This document shows positions 17,228 to 26,632 of a DNA stretch of 64,000 bases, piece by piece (the stretch's first letter is position 1; each line of letters starts with the position of its first letter). Where the stretch lies: IMG/VR virus record IMGVR_UViG_3300042885_000900. One strand, given 5' to 3'. The notes beneath the pieces were generated by a model. It made no database searches, was not told the origin of the DNA, and saw only the letters and a program-made list of their open reading frames with translations. Position numbers and translations under genes: made by a program. The stretch comes from a virus (taxonomy: Duplodnaviria > Heunggongvirae > Uroviricota > Caudoviricetes).

Positions 17228-17724
17228 TCTAAATTAAGTATTTCTTGTTTAATCTTTAAGGTTTCCTGTTTTAGTAAATCAAAATACTTATATAACTCAT
17301 CATTTCTATCGTATAACTTTTCTATTTCCTCTGTATAGTCCTCATCAGGGTGTGTGTTATATAAAAGTTCAAACACTCTATCATCATTTTTATCGTGCTC
17401 TCTTCTATAATTGTTATACTCAATCAATTTGGATATATCAATATTTAAATTCTTATCTTTGACGTAAGATATTAGTTTTTCAACTAGTGAGTCCGATGTA
17501 AAACTGTTCTCATCATCTAAGAACGATTCCACGGAACCAATCTGAAATTCAAATTTGTCTATGTTGTTTATAATGTTTTCTATGCTCGTGTTTATAGTCA
17601 CATCATTGTCCTTTGCAGACTTGTTTAACCCCTTCTCTATTTGTTTTACAGTGTATGACGATTTAACCTCGGAGATAATCCCCATCACTTCCTGTATTCT
17701 AATTATATTTTCCTGTAAGTTCAT
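17224..17724 (-). CDS. MNLQ-leader family protein. Function unknown.
   Basis: N-terminus MNLQENIIRIQEVMGIISE. Confidence 0.6.
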   Translation of the reverse strand: MNLQENIIRIQEVMGIISEVKSSYTVKQIEKGLNKSAKDNDVTINTSIENIINNIDKFEFQIGSVESFLDDENSFTSDSLVEKLISYVKDKNLNIDISKLIEYNNYRREHDKNDDRVFELLYNTHPDEDYTEEIEKLYDRNDELYKYFDLLKQETLKIKQEILNLE

Positions 17725-17788
17725 AATAATAAATATATTGTTTGGTAGAATAGTTTTTATTTCTTATCTTTGCTCTCTAAATAATAAT

Positions 17789-18052
17789 ATGATGAATACC
17801 ACCGAATTGTATATTAGTCCGAATTTTGATAAGAATGAATCGTCCCATAAACCGGGACACACCGAAAGATGTGTCTGTTGCAATAAACCTATGAAGGTTG
17901 AGCAAGTTAAGTTTATGGTTCATATGACAACCGATTGGGTTGCCGTTGATACCGATGATTTATCTATCGTATCTAATAGCCAAGGATTCTTTCCTATTGG
18001 CTCTGAATGTAAAAAGAATATGAACAAGGAATTTATCTTTAAAAACAAATAA
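17789..18052 (+). CDS. Small Cys-containing protein (CVCCNKPMK). Start taken at the internal Met, downstream of the promoter box.
   Basis: TATCTTTG box at 17765-17772. The upstream part of the ORF overlaps the minus-strand gene. Confidence 0.5.
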   Translation: MMNTTELYISPNFDKNESSHKPGHTERCVCCNKPMKVEQVKFMVHMTTDWVAVDTDDLSIVSNSQGFFPIGSECKKNMNKEFIFKNK

Positions 18053-18056
18053 AACT

Positions 18057-18866
18057 ATGAAAAACATACACTTATTACCAACACAATCAAAAACAAGATT
18101 ATTTTTATCTGACTATGGTAAAATACTTAATTTAGCGAGTTATCCTGAAACATTTTACACTACAGGTCAAAACATCTACATCACTAATTCAGAAGAAATT
18201 AAAGAAGGAGATTATGTATGTGCTTCAGGTGGATTTAGATTTGTTAAAACTTTAAATAATGATGCAAGAACATTTAAAGATGATGGAATTGTAAGCAAAG
18301 AAAGTCCATCAAACAGTTGTCATTTATCTAATTATAAAAAAATCATACTAACAACAGACCAAGACTTAATTAAAGATGGTGTACAAGCTATTGATAATGA
18401 TTTCCTTGAATGGTTTGGTAAGAATCCAAGTTGTGAGGAGGTTGATTTTGAGGTTGTTGATGATAATATACAATGGTATAAAATAATCAATCCAAGAAAG
18501 AATTTCTATTGTGGTGATGAAGTTGATTATGGTGATAAATGTTCAGAGCAATGTGTCCAATGTGTAAACGCCACCGGTGTTGATTACGGATATCTTCCGA
18601 AAGAACATGTTGAATTTATTAATGATAATATTGATGAATTTGATGAAAAGATTAAGGAGTTCAAACAAATAGACCAAAATAATCCTGTCACAAGAGGTAG
18701 TACTGCTTTAGTATATAAACAAGAAACACTTGAAGATATTAAACTTGAAGAAGTGGTTGGGAGTAAGCATTGTCGATATTCGGTCATCGAAAATAAGTTA
18801 TCTGTACTCTATAGAAATCAAGAACAAATTTTAAAAGCTATTAAAATGTTAAACAATGGAAAATAA
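18057..18866 (+). CDS. Modular-array paralog: N-module, a Cys-rich segment and the KQETLED junction
   Basis: MKNIHLLPT...NIYITNSEEIKEGD...KKIILTTDQDLIKDGVQAIDNDFLEWF. Confidence 0.7.
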   Translation: MKNIHLLPTQSKTRLFLSDYGKILNLASYPETFYTTGQNIYITNSEEIKEGDYVCASGGFRFVKTLNNDARTFKDDGIVSKESPSNSCHLSNYKKIILTTDQDLIKDGVQAIDNDFLEWFGKNPSCEEVDFEVVDDNIQWYKIINPRKNFYCGDEVDYGDKCSEQCVQCVNATGVDYGYLPKEHVEFINDNIDEFDEKIKEFKQIDQNNPVTRGSTALVYKQETLEDIKLEEVVGSKHCRYSVIENKLSVLYRNQEQILKAIKMLNNGK

Positions 18867-18873
18867 TACATAG

Positions 18874-19272
18874 ATGAGACATAAATTCCCTTCGACACAT
18901 ATAGACGATAATTCTTATTCAACTAAAATAGTTCCTTTAATGAGGAAAATCATTAAAAAACATCCGTGGTCCGGAGAATTAGAAGCCGAAAGGTGGTTTA
19001 AATATGATTATAAAATTGTTGGTATGACTCTTAATACCGATTACTATGAACCAAAATTATTAATTCACATTGAGATTAGTAATTTTAGAACATATCATAA
19101 GGATAGAATGAACGATACTTTTAAATGGAACCCCCCTAGATTTCAGCTTTGGTCATCAAGACAAAGAAATGAATATGTTAGAACTTGGGGTTTAACGGAA
19201 ATGAAATTATTTGTTAAATTGTTCTCATTCCCACATAGAATTGAAATTGGGAAAATTAAATTGGTTCGATAA
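18874..19272 (+). CDS. Hypothetical protein
   Basis: ORF track. Confidence 0.55.
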   Translation: MRHKFPSTHIDDNSYSTKIVPLMRKIIKKHPWSGELEAERWFKYDYKIVGMTLNTDYYEPKLLIHIEISNFRTYHKDRMNDTFKWNPPRFQLWSSRQRNEYVRTWGLTEMKLFVKLFSFPHRIEIGKIKLVR

Positions 19273-19305
19273 AATCTTTGCCATTAGTACCGCTTTCCGG
19301 TACTT

Positions 19306-19641
19306 ATGGCAATAATTTACTTTAAAATGGAAAAGATAATCATACAATACCTCAATCTTACTTATCCCAATAAACTCACATTTAGTCAATCCAACTATCA
19401 TAATAAATCAATTGTATTTAGGCATGGCGACACTGAAATTGGAATAATGCGGTCGGATATGGTTAATTTTATTAGAATTAATAACCAAATACATAAAGAA
19501 ATATTTATGTGGTTGGGGGATAATTTAGATTCCAAATTTATCAGCGAATGCGCCTTTAAATGGTTATTGATGAAGCATAACTCTAATAATGCTGGAGAAA
19601 TACTTATGTCGGAATGGTTTGGAGTTGATTCATTAAATTAA
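19306..19641 (+). CDS. Hypothetical protein. It could start at the internal MEKIIIQYL Met at 19327.
   Basis: ORF track. Confidence 0.5.
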   Translation: MAIIYFKMEKIIIQYLNLTYPNKLTFSQSNYHNKSIVFRHGDTEIGIMRSDMVNFIRINNQIHKEIFMWLGDNLDSKFISECAFKWLLMKHNSNNAGEILMSEWFGVDSLN

Positions 19642-19668
19642 TTAAATTATTATTATAAAAAACAAATT

Positions 19669-20508
19669 ATGAACTATCATTTAGAGAACGCAAAGAGATA
19701 CCTAATTTATATGTATCATCTTATTAAAGGAGGAGATTCTTTATCACGATTACTTAATCAATACGATAAATTAAATGAGGATGAAAAACAAATGTTTAAC
19801 GAAAAATCCATTATTGACCCATCAGATTCTCATGTTGGACTTTTTAGTATTCTAAATAATAAATGGGGTGAATGGAAATTAAGAAAAGGTGAAAAGTATA
19901 GTCAATCCATTTTTAAATCCCATACCACCATAGGTTGGAGATATTTAACACCAAACAAAAATAGAGGTGTGATAGGATATCCGGAGCTATTCATAGGGAA
20001 ATCCCCATTTGGAGGAGAATCAACCAATGAATACTTCCCAAAAAAGATAGACGATATTAATATTCTAAACGCCACTTACGATGTATCAATGTATGTCGAA
20101 CCTAAAAAATACAATTTAGCATTTGATTTATGGGTAACTAAAGAAGGTAAGAATCAAACAAGTGATATCTCCCATGAAATAATGATATGGGAAGATAGAA
20201 ATGTGGCAATGCCAGCAGGAAAATTCATAAGGGAAGTAAACACAACTTCAGGAATATATAGAATGTATCACACTTGGATGGACAGAACATCAGAAAATTT
20301 AGGAACAGATGGATGGTACTTTACAGCATTTATTAGAAAAGATAGACGAAGAGGTGGTATAGTTAATTTAAAAGAATTTATTTACATTATGTTAATAGAT
20401 AATTTATTAAATGAAAACCACTTTGTGTCAACAGTAGAGTTTGGAAATGAAATTTACAATGCATGTGGATATACAATAGTCAATGATTATAAATTAGATA
20501 TAAAATAA
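19669..20508 (+). CDS. Hypothetical protein, 279 aa
   Basis: ORF track. Confidence 0.6.
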   Translation: MNYHLENAKRYLIYMYHLIKGGDSLSRLLNQYDKLNEDEKQMFNEKSIIDPSDSHVGLFSILNNKWGEWKLRKGEKYSQSIFKSHTTIGWRYLTPNKNRGVIGYPELFIGKSPFGGESTNEYFPKKIDDINILNATYDVSMYVEPKKYNLAFDLWVTKEGKNQTSDISHEIMIWEDRNVAMPAGKFIREVNTTSGIYRMYHTWMDRTSENLGTDGWYFTAFIRKDRRRGGIVNLKEFIYIMLIDNLLNENHFVSTVEFGNEIYNACGYTIVNDYKLDIK

Positions 20509-20553
20509 CCCCCAATGTTTGTATGTCTTGGTGTTATATTGTATCTTTGACAT

Positions 20554-20838
20554 ATGAAACTACTTAAATATTTGATTATCCGGACAACAACAAAGGGTTC
20601 TAATGAGGCAATTAATATATATAATACATTATATAACACTAATGTGGTTATGACCCCTATAAAACCCTTACCCGTTGTTAAACCTACTGTGACTGTTCAT
20701 AACTCCCCACTGAAACCTACAGATAAGAAACAGGAAATGATAGATTCTTTGGAATACCTTAAAGGTAAAACTGTGAAGACAAAAAAAGACAAGGAATCAA
20801 TCTCTATGTTGGAAGCTATCTTGAAGAATATGACATAA
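20554..20838 (+). CDS. Hypothetical protein. The start is uncertain because the promoter box ends only 4 nt before this ATG.
   Basis: ORF track. TATCTTTG at 20542-20549. Confidence 0.4.
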   Translation: MKLLKYLIIRTTTKGSNEAINIYNTLYNTNVVMTPIKPLPVVKPTVTVHNSPLKPTDKKQEMIDSLEYLKGKTVKTKKDKESISMLEAILKNMT

Positions 20839-21210
20839 TTACCAATTATGTATATCTCCAATACCCATATTCTCCCAATCTAATGAACCCGGATTTGAAA
20901 AATATACCTCATCAGGTTCAATATTCGCTCTACTTTTAAACCATCGGGAGATTAATTGGGTTTTCTCATTTTCATCAAATGAGAAGATATCTAAAATATT
21001 CTCAAAACTATTTGTAACATATAAATGGTCTCTCTTTTCAGACCATCTCATAATAATATCACCATCATTGTTTTTGAACACCACTTGTTGATTACTATAT
21101 ACAGAATCTCTATTTGAATCAAAATCTTCTCGAGTTAACTCATTAAAGATATCGTCTAATAACTTATACGCCAAATCTTTTCTTTTATTCTCTGTTATTA
21201 ATATTTTCAT
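20839..21210 (-). CDS. MKIIITE-family paralog (MKILITENK)
   Basis: Conserved N-terminal motif. Confidence 0.65.
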   Translation of the reverse strand: MKILITENKRKDLAYKLLDDIFNELTREDFDSNRDSVYSNQQVVFKNNDGDIIMRWSEKRDHLYVTNSFENILDIFSFDENEKTQLISRWFKSRANIEPDEVYFSNPGSLDWENMGIGDIHNW

Positions 21211-21611
21211 TATATTTTTAAATAATCATCCGTTATTTGTTTAACCTCTAATCCCGTATTTTCTTCAAACCACTGTTTAAACACCGGTTTCCATCTATTT
21301 CCAAATAAAGAAGTTAGTTTTTCACCAATCACAGGATATATGTGTAATAAAGGACAGTCATAGTTGTGTAAACGACCATAACCCGCAAAGTATTCATCTT
21401 CCGGGCCAGCATTTGCATTACAACCATAATAAATGTAAGAATCATCATCATTTATGAAAAAAACAAGGTCTCCAAATCTATCAACATCATCTTGGTAAGT
21501 ACCAGCTATCGTCCTCATATTCTCATACCACCCATAATCCGGAATATAGTTATTATCCAACCACTTGCGTATTAAATTATCAACCTTATTTTCTGTTATT
21601 ACTATTTTCAT
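21210..21611 (-). CDS. MKIIITE-family paralog (MKIVITENK)
   Basis: Conserved N-terminus. The C-terminus WFEENTGLEV fits the family. Confidence 0.65.
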   Translation of the reverse strand: MKIVITENKVDNLIRKWLDNNYIPDYGWYENMRTIAGTYQDDVDRFGDLVFFINDDDSYIYYGCNANAGPEDEYFAGYGRLHNYDCPLLHIYPVIGEKLTSLFGNRWKPVFKQWFEENTGLEVKQITDDYLKI

Positions 21612-21994
21612 TCTTCTATATGGATTGATAGTGTTTTAACCGGTAATCCAAAAGTATTCTCAAACCATTTAATAAACGGTTTATCCCATCTATTACCAAA
21701 TAATGAATCTAATTTTTCAAATAAATCTTTATCAGATAATTCTAATATAGGAGCTTCTTTTCTAAAACTTATTGATGATGGGCCTTTATAATATTCCGGA
21801 GTATAATAACTAAAAAGAAAATCAGTATTTGAATATCCACCACCCCAAAAATAATCAATCACCGATTCATCCCCATTATCATCGTCATCAACACTATCAG
21901 GGTGAGACCAACGAATATTATCAACATCAATTATTGATTCTATATATTTATAAATTGCGTCGTCTAATTTACTTTCTGTTATTACTATTTTCAT
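21608..21994 (-). CDS. MKIIITE-family paralog (MKIVITESK)
   Basis: Conserved N-terminus. C-terminal motif WFENTFGLPV. Confidence 0.65.
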   Translation of the reverse strand: MKIVITESKLDDAIYKYIESIIDVDNIRWSHPDSVDDDDNGDESVIDYFWGGGYSNTDFLFSYYTPEYYKGPSSISFRKEAPILELSDKDLFEKLDSLFGNRWDKPFIKWFENTFGLPVKTLSIHIEE

Positions 21995-22027
21995 ATAAAT
22001 AAATATCCCATAAATTAAAAAACCCCA

Positions 22028-22264
22028 TTAATCTTGGGGGTTATCTTTTTCTTTATTATACACTACATAAAAATTATGTCCAAAGTAAGGTAAATCAATA
22101 TTATCACCAAACCCCAATGTCTCAACCATATTTTCAAGGTCTCTATTGGACATCTTATTCAAAACCTCCACACCAACCTTTAATAGTATCAGTTCTATAA
22201 CCTCATCTCTACTAATTTCTACTGTTGATTTCCACCCCATATCACATTTTAGCTTTACCCACAA
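22028..22264 (-). CDS. Hypothetical small protein
   Basis: ORF track. Terminator at 22023-22040. Confidence 0.45.
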   Translation of the reverse strand: MWVKLKCDMGWKSTVEISRDEVIELILLKVGVEVLNKMSNRDLENMVETLGFGDNIDLPYFGHNFYVVYNKEKDNPQD

Positions 22265-22442
22265 ATTCTATTAATTCATTCGCCAATCGTATTGCCTCAT
22301 CATAGGACATATACAATCTTGAGTCAATACTTTTGTCCTGTCTCTCTACAACTCGTAATACAATAGCATTTTGAGTTTCATTTTCTTGGATAACCACTTC
22401 TTGATACCCACCATCCATTATTATTTTTGTTTCTACCCACAT
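22242..22442 (-). CDS. Hypothetical small protein
   Basis: ORF track. Confidence 0.4.
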   Translation of the reverse strand: MWVETKIIMDGGYQEVVIQENETQNAIVLRVVERQDKSIDSRLYMSYDEAIRLANELIEFVGKAKM

Positions 22443-22443
22443 A

Positions 22444-22818
22444 TCATTTAATTGAATTAGTTAATTTTTCTTTATAATCGTTGTCGTTCTTTTCAATATG
22501 GTATTTCGCCATCTCACTCATTGCTTTACGTAACCTTGAAGATTGTTTATTAAACGGATTGTAATACATCCAAAATGGAATTTCCCAAGCAAGTTTACCA
22601 TCAATATAAGCACTAACAAAATCTCTATCAGAAAAAGATAATGTTCCTTCATTTGTTGTTGGATATTTCGGACTATAATAATCCACAAAACACCCATCCA
22701 TTCCACACATAACTTCTCTATTCCAAAGTTCTTTGTCATTCTCTAATGACTCAATAATACGATTAACATATTTCTCGTTAATCTCCTTCATAGTCAATTT
22801 TTCACTCATAATCATCAA
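22444..22818 (-). CDS. Hypothetical protein
   Basis: ORF track. Confidence 0.55.
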   Translation of the reverse strand: MMIMSEKLTMKEINEKYVNRIIESLENDKELWNREVMCGMDGCFVDYYSPKYPTTNEGTLSFSDRDFVSAYIDGKLAWEIPFWMYYNPFNKQSSRLRKAMSEMAKYHIEKNDNDYKEKLTNSIK

Positions 22819-23308
22819 AATATTTATTCATCGGTATTGGTTTTTCATAACTTCCGATTTTTTTTAATTCCTTTTTCATTGTTGATATATCATCTTTAGT
22901 GTAATGTGGTGGAAAAGTTGGTTTCATCCCATATGGCATGTTATGTCTCTCTTCCCAAATTTTCAACCTGTGTTCAGCAGTTGATATCTCGTTAGCCAAT
23001 TCCGTCCCTAATAACCATTTATCGTACTCATCTTTAGATTTAATAAGCATTATATCACCACCATAATTGGTGATTTTAGCATCCGGATTGGTTGTATAAA
23101 CATTTACAATACCATCTTGACCATTGTAATCCTCACATAAATCATTCACCGCAAGTTCATTGGTTAATCTGTTTTTCCATTTACTACCATATGACCTAAC
23201 CTCACAGATATAAATAAACCCATCTTCACGATTTTGTAAATAATTACCTATTTTGTTTTGAAGCTCTCTTAATTCTTCTACCGAGTATTTTATAAAATCT
23301 ATTTCCAT
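22802..23308 (-). CDS. Hypothetical protein
   Basis: ORF track. Confidence 0.55.
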   Translation of the reverse strand: MEIDFIKYSVEELRELQNKIGNYLQNREDGFIYICEVRSYGSKWKNRLTNELAVNDLCEDYNGQDGIVNVYTTNPDAKITNYGGDIMLIKSKDEYDKWLLGTELANEISTAEHRLKIWEERHNMPYGMKPTFPPHYTKDDISTMKKELKKIGSYEKPIPMNKYFDDYE

Positions 23309-23361
23309 AAGGCAAATATAGGTATAAAAAAAAGAACTACCAAGTAGTTCCTTCTTTTTTT

Positions 23362-23691
23362 TTATTGTAAAACACCTTTTTGTGTGTGATGTATAATTTT
23401 AACCGGTAATTCAAACTTATCTTCAAACCAATTTTTTATCAATTTTTTATATTCCGGTGGTGTATAACCGAAATAAACTATAGGTGCAAGAATATCATCA
23501 CAAATATATAAAGCTCTTGTCTTTTCACCGTAAATCATTATAACACCATCACCATTTCTATAATCAATTCTCTTATGTTCTCCTGTTGAATCTGTAATAT
23601 AATCAACATCAATATACATATTAGAAAATGCTTTATCCAATTCTTTTTTTGCTAATTCGTCTCTACGACTTTCTTTTATTACTATTCTCAT
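23362..23691 (-). CDS. MKIIITE-family paralog (MRIVIKESR)
   Basis: N-terminal motif. C-terminus NWFEDKFELPV. Confidence 0.6.
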   Translation of the reverse strand: MRIVIKESRRDELAKKELDKAFSNMYIDVDYITDSTGEHKRIDYRNGDGVIMIYGEKTRALYICDDILAPIVYFGYTPPEYKKLIKNWFEDKFELPVKIIHHTQKGVLQ

Positions 23692-24308
23692 ACATCATTT
23701 GATTTTATATTATAGACACTTCTGTATCTACTTTTTAAGTCATAATCACTCAAAGCTTCTAACTCACTAATCCCATATAACGCATTTTTATAAAGATAAT
23801 TAATCATTTCTTCTCTACTTAAATTATCAGTACTAACCATTTGATAACATTTATGCCAAGCATCTAATCCGTGAGTTTCATCAATCTCTATTTCCGGATG
23901 ACCAATCTCTTGTCCAAACTTGGTTGTGTATTTATCGTCATACCATTCAGTAATAACATTAAATATAAAGGTTTTTCTAACCTGTAATATTTTAGATAAA
24001 TAATTAATCTCTTCTTTATCAACATATAAATCACCGGCAAAAAACTTTACATCCTCCACATAATCGGGACCATAATTTTCATCACCATCATTCATAAAAT
24101 TATACCTCGCCTCAATAATAATTTTATCTCCTTTACACCATTCCTCATTATAGTTCCCGTAATTCTCTTCAGTAGGTGGAGTGACTCTTGTTGTATTAGA
24201 GATAATTTTCTCCATATGTTTAATAATAATTGATTTAGCAGCGTCTGTACCTCTGATAAATCGTTTACTAACTTCTTCTCTTAATATCTTTTTAATTAAA
24301 TCTTTCAT
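23688..24308 (-). CDS. Hypothetical protein with the N-terminus MKDLIKKILREE
   Basis: ORF track. The N-terminal motif is shared with 38424..39362. Confidence 0.55.
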   Translation of the reverse strand: MKDLIKKILREEVSKRFIRGTDAAKSIIIKHMEKIISNTTRVTPPTEENYGNYNEEWCKGDKIIIEARYNFMNDGDENYGPDYVEDVKFFAGDLYVDKEEINYLSKILQVRKTFIFNVITEWYDDKYTTKFGQEIGHPEIEIDETHGLDAWHKCYQMVSTDNLSREEMINYLYKNALYGISELEALSDYDLKSRYRSVYNIKSNDV

Positions 24309-24309
24309 A

Positions 24310-24918
24310 TTATTTAATAATTCTGAACCTTAATAATGGTTTGCCATTTATTGTTATATCACCTTTTTCATTCTTATCTATTGTCTTAACAACAACCTTT
24401 TTGTTTTTGAATTTTCCACCCATTATGGTATCACCAACTTTAATATCCAATTTAATCATTTCACTTAATGTTAATTCTCTATTATCATCTTGAGTGTTCC
24501 AAATATCTTGCCCGGTTCCCTTGTGAATTAATTTAATTGAGTCTCTTGGTATATCATCAAAGGTAACAATATGTTTATACTTATCATCAAAATGAGCATC
24601 TTTATACCATTGAACATTTGATTTTTCTGTATCTATCACCCATATGTCATCATCATAAGTTGAATCAAACATATCTTTTTTCTTTAAACTATTGGTGGCA
24701 AATACTGCAGGAACACATTCTTCATCGTCACTGTATTCACTGGCTGCGTGAGTTAAATAACAATCACCTAACACCGCTCTAATCCCATAGTCCATAATAC
24801 TATCTCGGTTAGACTTATTAGAGGAATGGACAACATATTTCCCGGGAGTAATCTCTTCTCCCTTAACCCTTTGTTCTTGCAACAATTTATATTGTAATTC
24901 TGTTATAATTATTTTCAT
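24310..24918 (-). CDS. Hypothetical protein (MKIIITELQ N-terminus), 202 aa
   Basis: ORF track. Confidence 0.55.
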   Translation of the reverse strand: MKIIITELQYKLLQEQRVKGEEITPGKYVVHSSNKSNRDSIMDYGIRAVLGDCYLTHAASEYSDDEECVPAVFATNSLKKKDMFDSTYDDDIWVIDTEKSNVQWYKDAHFDDKYKHIVTFDDIPRDSIKLIHKGTGQDIWNTQDDNRELTLSEMIKLDIKVGDTIMGGKFKNKKVVVKTIDKNEKGDITINGKPLLRFRIIK

Positions 24919-24919
24919 A

Positions 24920-25297
24920 TTATTCTATAGCTCTTTCTAAAAATATAACATCTTCTATCTCTTTATCACCATAAATACTTGGGTATTTACTAGTATAAAT
25001 TTTAAAAATTCTTTTAATTAAATCTTTTCTTATTGCATTATAAATTTTACGGGAACCAAAAATTGGACTAATCAAATCATAAAAATAATCATCACTCACT
25101 TTAATAAATTTTTTGGTATCAAATCCGTAATATTCCGCTATCACATGTTTTCTTGTTCCCGGAGTTACAAATTGGATTTTTTTTCCATTCATTCTTACTT
25201 GGAAGGCTCTTATTAAACTATCCTTATCAATATCAAGACTACTAATAATAATATCTTTTAATTTTTCTATTTTTTCTTCACTAATCTTAATATCCAT
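24920..25297 (-). CDS. Hypothetical protein
   Basis: ORF track. Confidence 0.55.
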   Translation of the reverse strand: MDIKISEEKIEKLKDIIISSLDIDKDSLIRAFQVRMNGKKIQFVTPGTRKHVIAEYYGFDTKKFIKVSDDYFYDLISPIFGSRKIYNAIRKDLIKRIFKIYTSKYPSIYGDKEIEDVIFLERAIE

Positions 25298-25929
25298 ATG
25301 TATAAATATAACACGAGAGTAAAAATTACTCCCATCTTTTGAACGAAGGTAATTTTGAGTTCTTTTTACTCTCGTTTAATTCTTTTTATCTTATATTTCG
25401 TTTGCAAAATGGAACACAATGCGTAGAAAAGGGCGAATGAAATATATTACCAATCACCGCAAGATGAACCTTAATTTTTAGGGTTTATATTACCACCAAA
25501 AGTAATAAACCCCCAACAATGTGAGGGTTTACTTTTTTTTCATAAGTTCTCTTATTTCTATCTGTAATTGATGTAGTTCAGGGTCAGTCATAAGTAGATA
25601 ACGCGATTTAATATCCCGATAATTATTTCGTATATCATTGATTGTCCATTTTAAAAATAGAGTAATTAAGTCAATTTTTATTTTTAGGTTTCTCATCTCT
25701 TAATATATCGTAAATCGCTAGACAGCAAAAAATAACCAACAATAATATAAAACCGTACAACGGGAATATTGGGTCGGGTATCACAACTTTTATGGTAATA
25801 GATTAGGGAAGATTAAGATATCTTCGTCTGATAAATACTCATCATCATCGAATTGTTCCATTTTTTTGTGATATTATTTCAATTATTTAAATATATTTGT
25901 ATTTTTCTGTTAAATATTCTTTTTTTTCA

Positions 25930-26130
25930 TTAAAATATAACAGAAAAGATACCATAAACTATTGATGATACGATAAAACCTATTATACATCCTTTTAAAA
26001 AACCATAATCCAAATTTGAGTTTATTGGAATTTTAATTTTACATCGTTGTCCATCACATATGACATTCCAATAATTTTTAATCATCTCATCAACAACAAA
26101 ATCATCATTGTTTTTTACTTTTTCATCCAT
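25930..26130 (-). CDS. Small membrane protein (one predicted TM helix)
   Basis: Hydrophobic C-terminal segment GCIIGFIVSSIVYGIFSVIF. Confidence 0.4.
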   Translation of the reverse strand: MDEKVKNNDDFVVDEMIKNYWNVICDGQRCKIKIPINSNLDYGFLKGCIIGFIVSSIVYGIFSVIF

Positions 26131-26289
26131 AACTTTTATTTTTCTGATTCACCAATTATTAAAAAACCTAAAACACCCAATACAAACCATACATTAACAA
26201 AATAAGTTAATGCGCCACATAATAGCATTAAAATATCGTACCTATTGTTTAATATAAATTGTTTTATTTTATTCATAATTTTAAATAGT

Positions 26290-26475
26290 TTAACAAACAC
26301 AGTTTCCGTCACCACCTTTAGCTGGATTGCAAACGCATTCTTTTTTTTCTTTAACTACTCCGGTAATTAGAGTATATCCCTTGAATATCTCTAATAAAGA
26401 TTTAATTTCATCAACTCTACCTTCACTATTGTGAACGGTAATTGTTTTATTTTCGTGATTTATAGTATGTTTCAT
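26290..26475 (-). CDS. Small Cys-containing protein
   Basis: ORF track. Confidence 0.35.
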   Translation of the reverse strand: MKHTINHENKTITVHNSEGRVDEIKSLLEIFKGYTLITGVVKEKKECVCNPAKGGDGNCVC

Positions 26476-26632
26476 ATCAAAATTATTATATATAGAATAA
26501 TAATAAATATTATTTGAGCAATCAATATTTTGGTACCCAACCTACTTTGTTTTCCAACTCTTAAATATTCTTGTCTTGTCATCTTAAAACATTTACGATA
26601 CAAAGATATTCATTTATTCTTAATTATCAAAA

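Noticed and set aside
17555-17788. N-terminal 78 codons of the 17555-18052 ORF
   Set aside because: This part overlaps the 3' end of minus gene 17224-17724 and lies upstream of the TATCTTTG box. The real start is most likely the Met at 17789.
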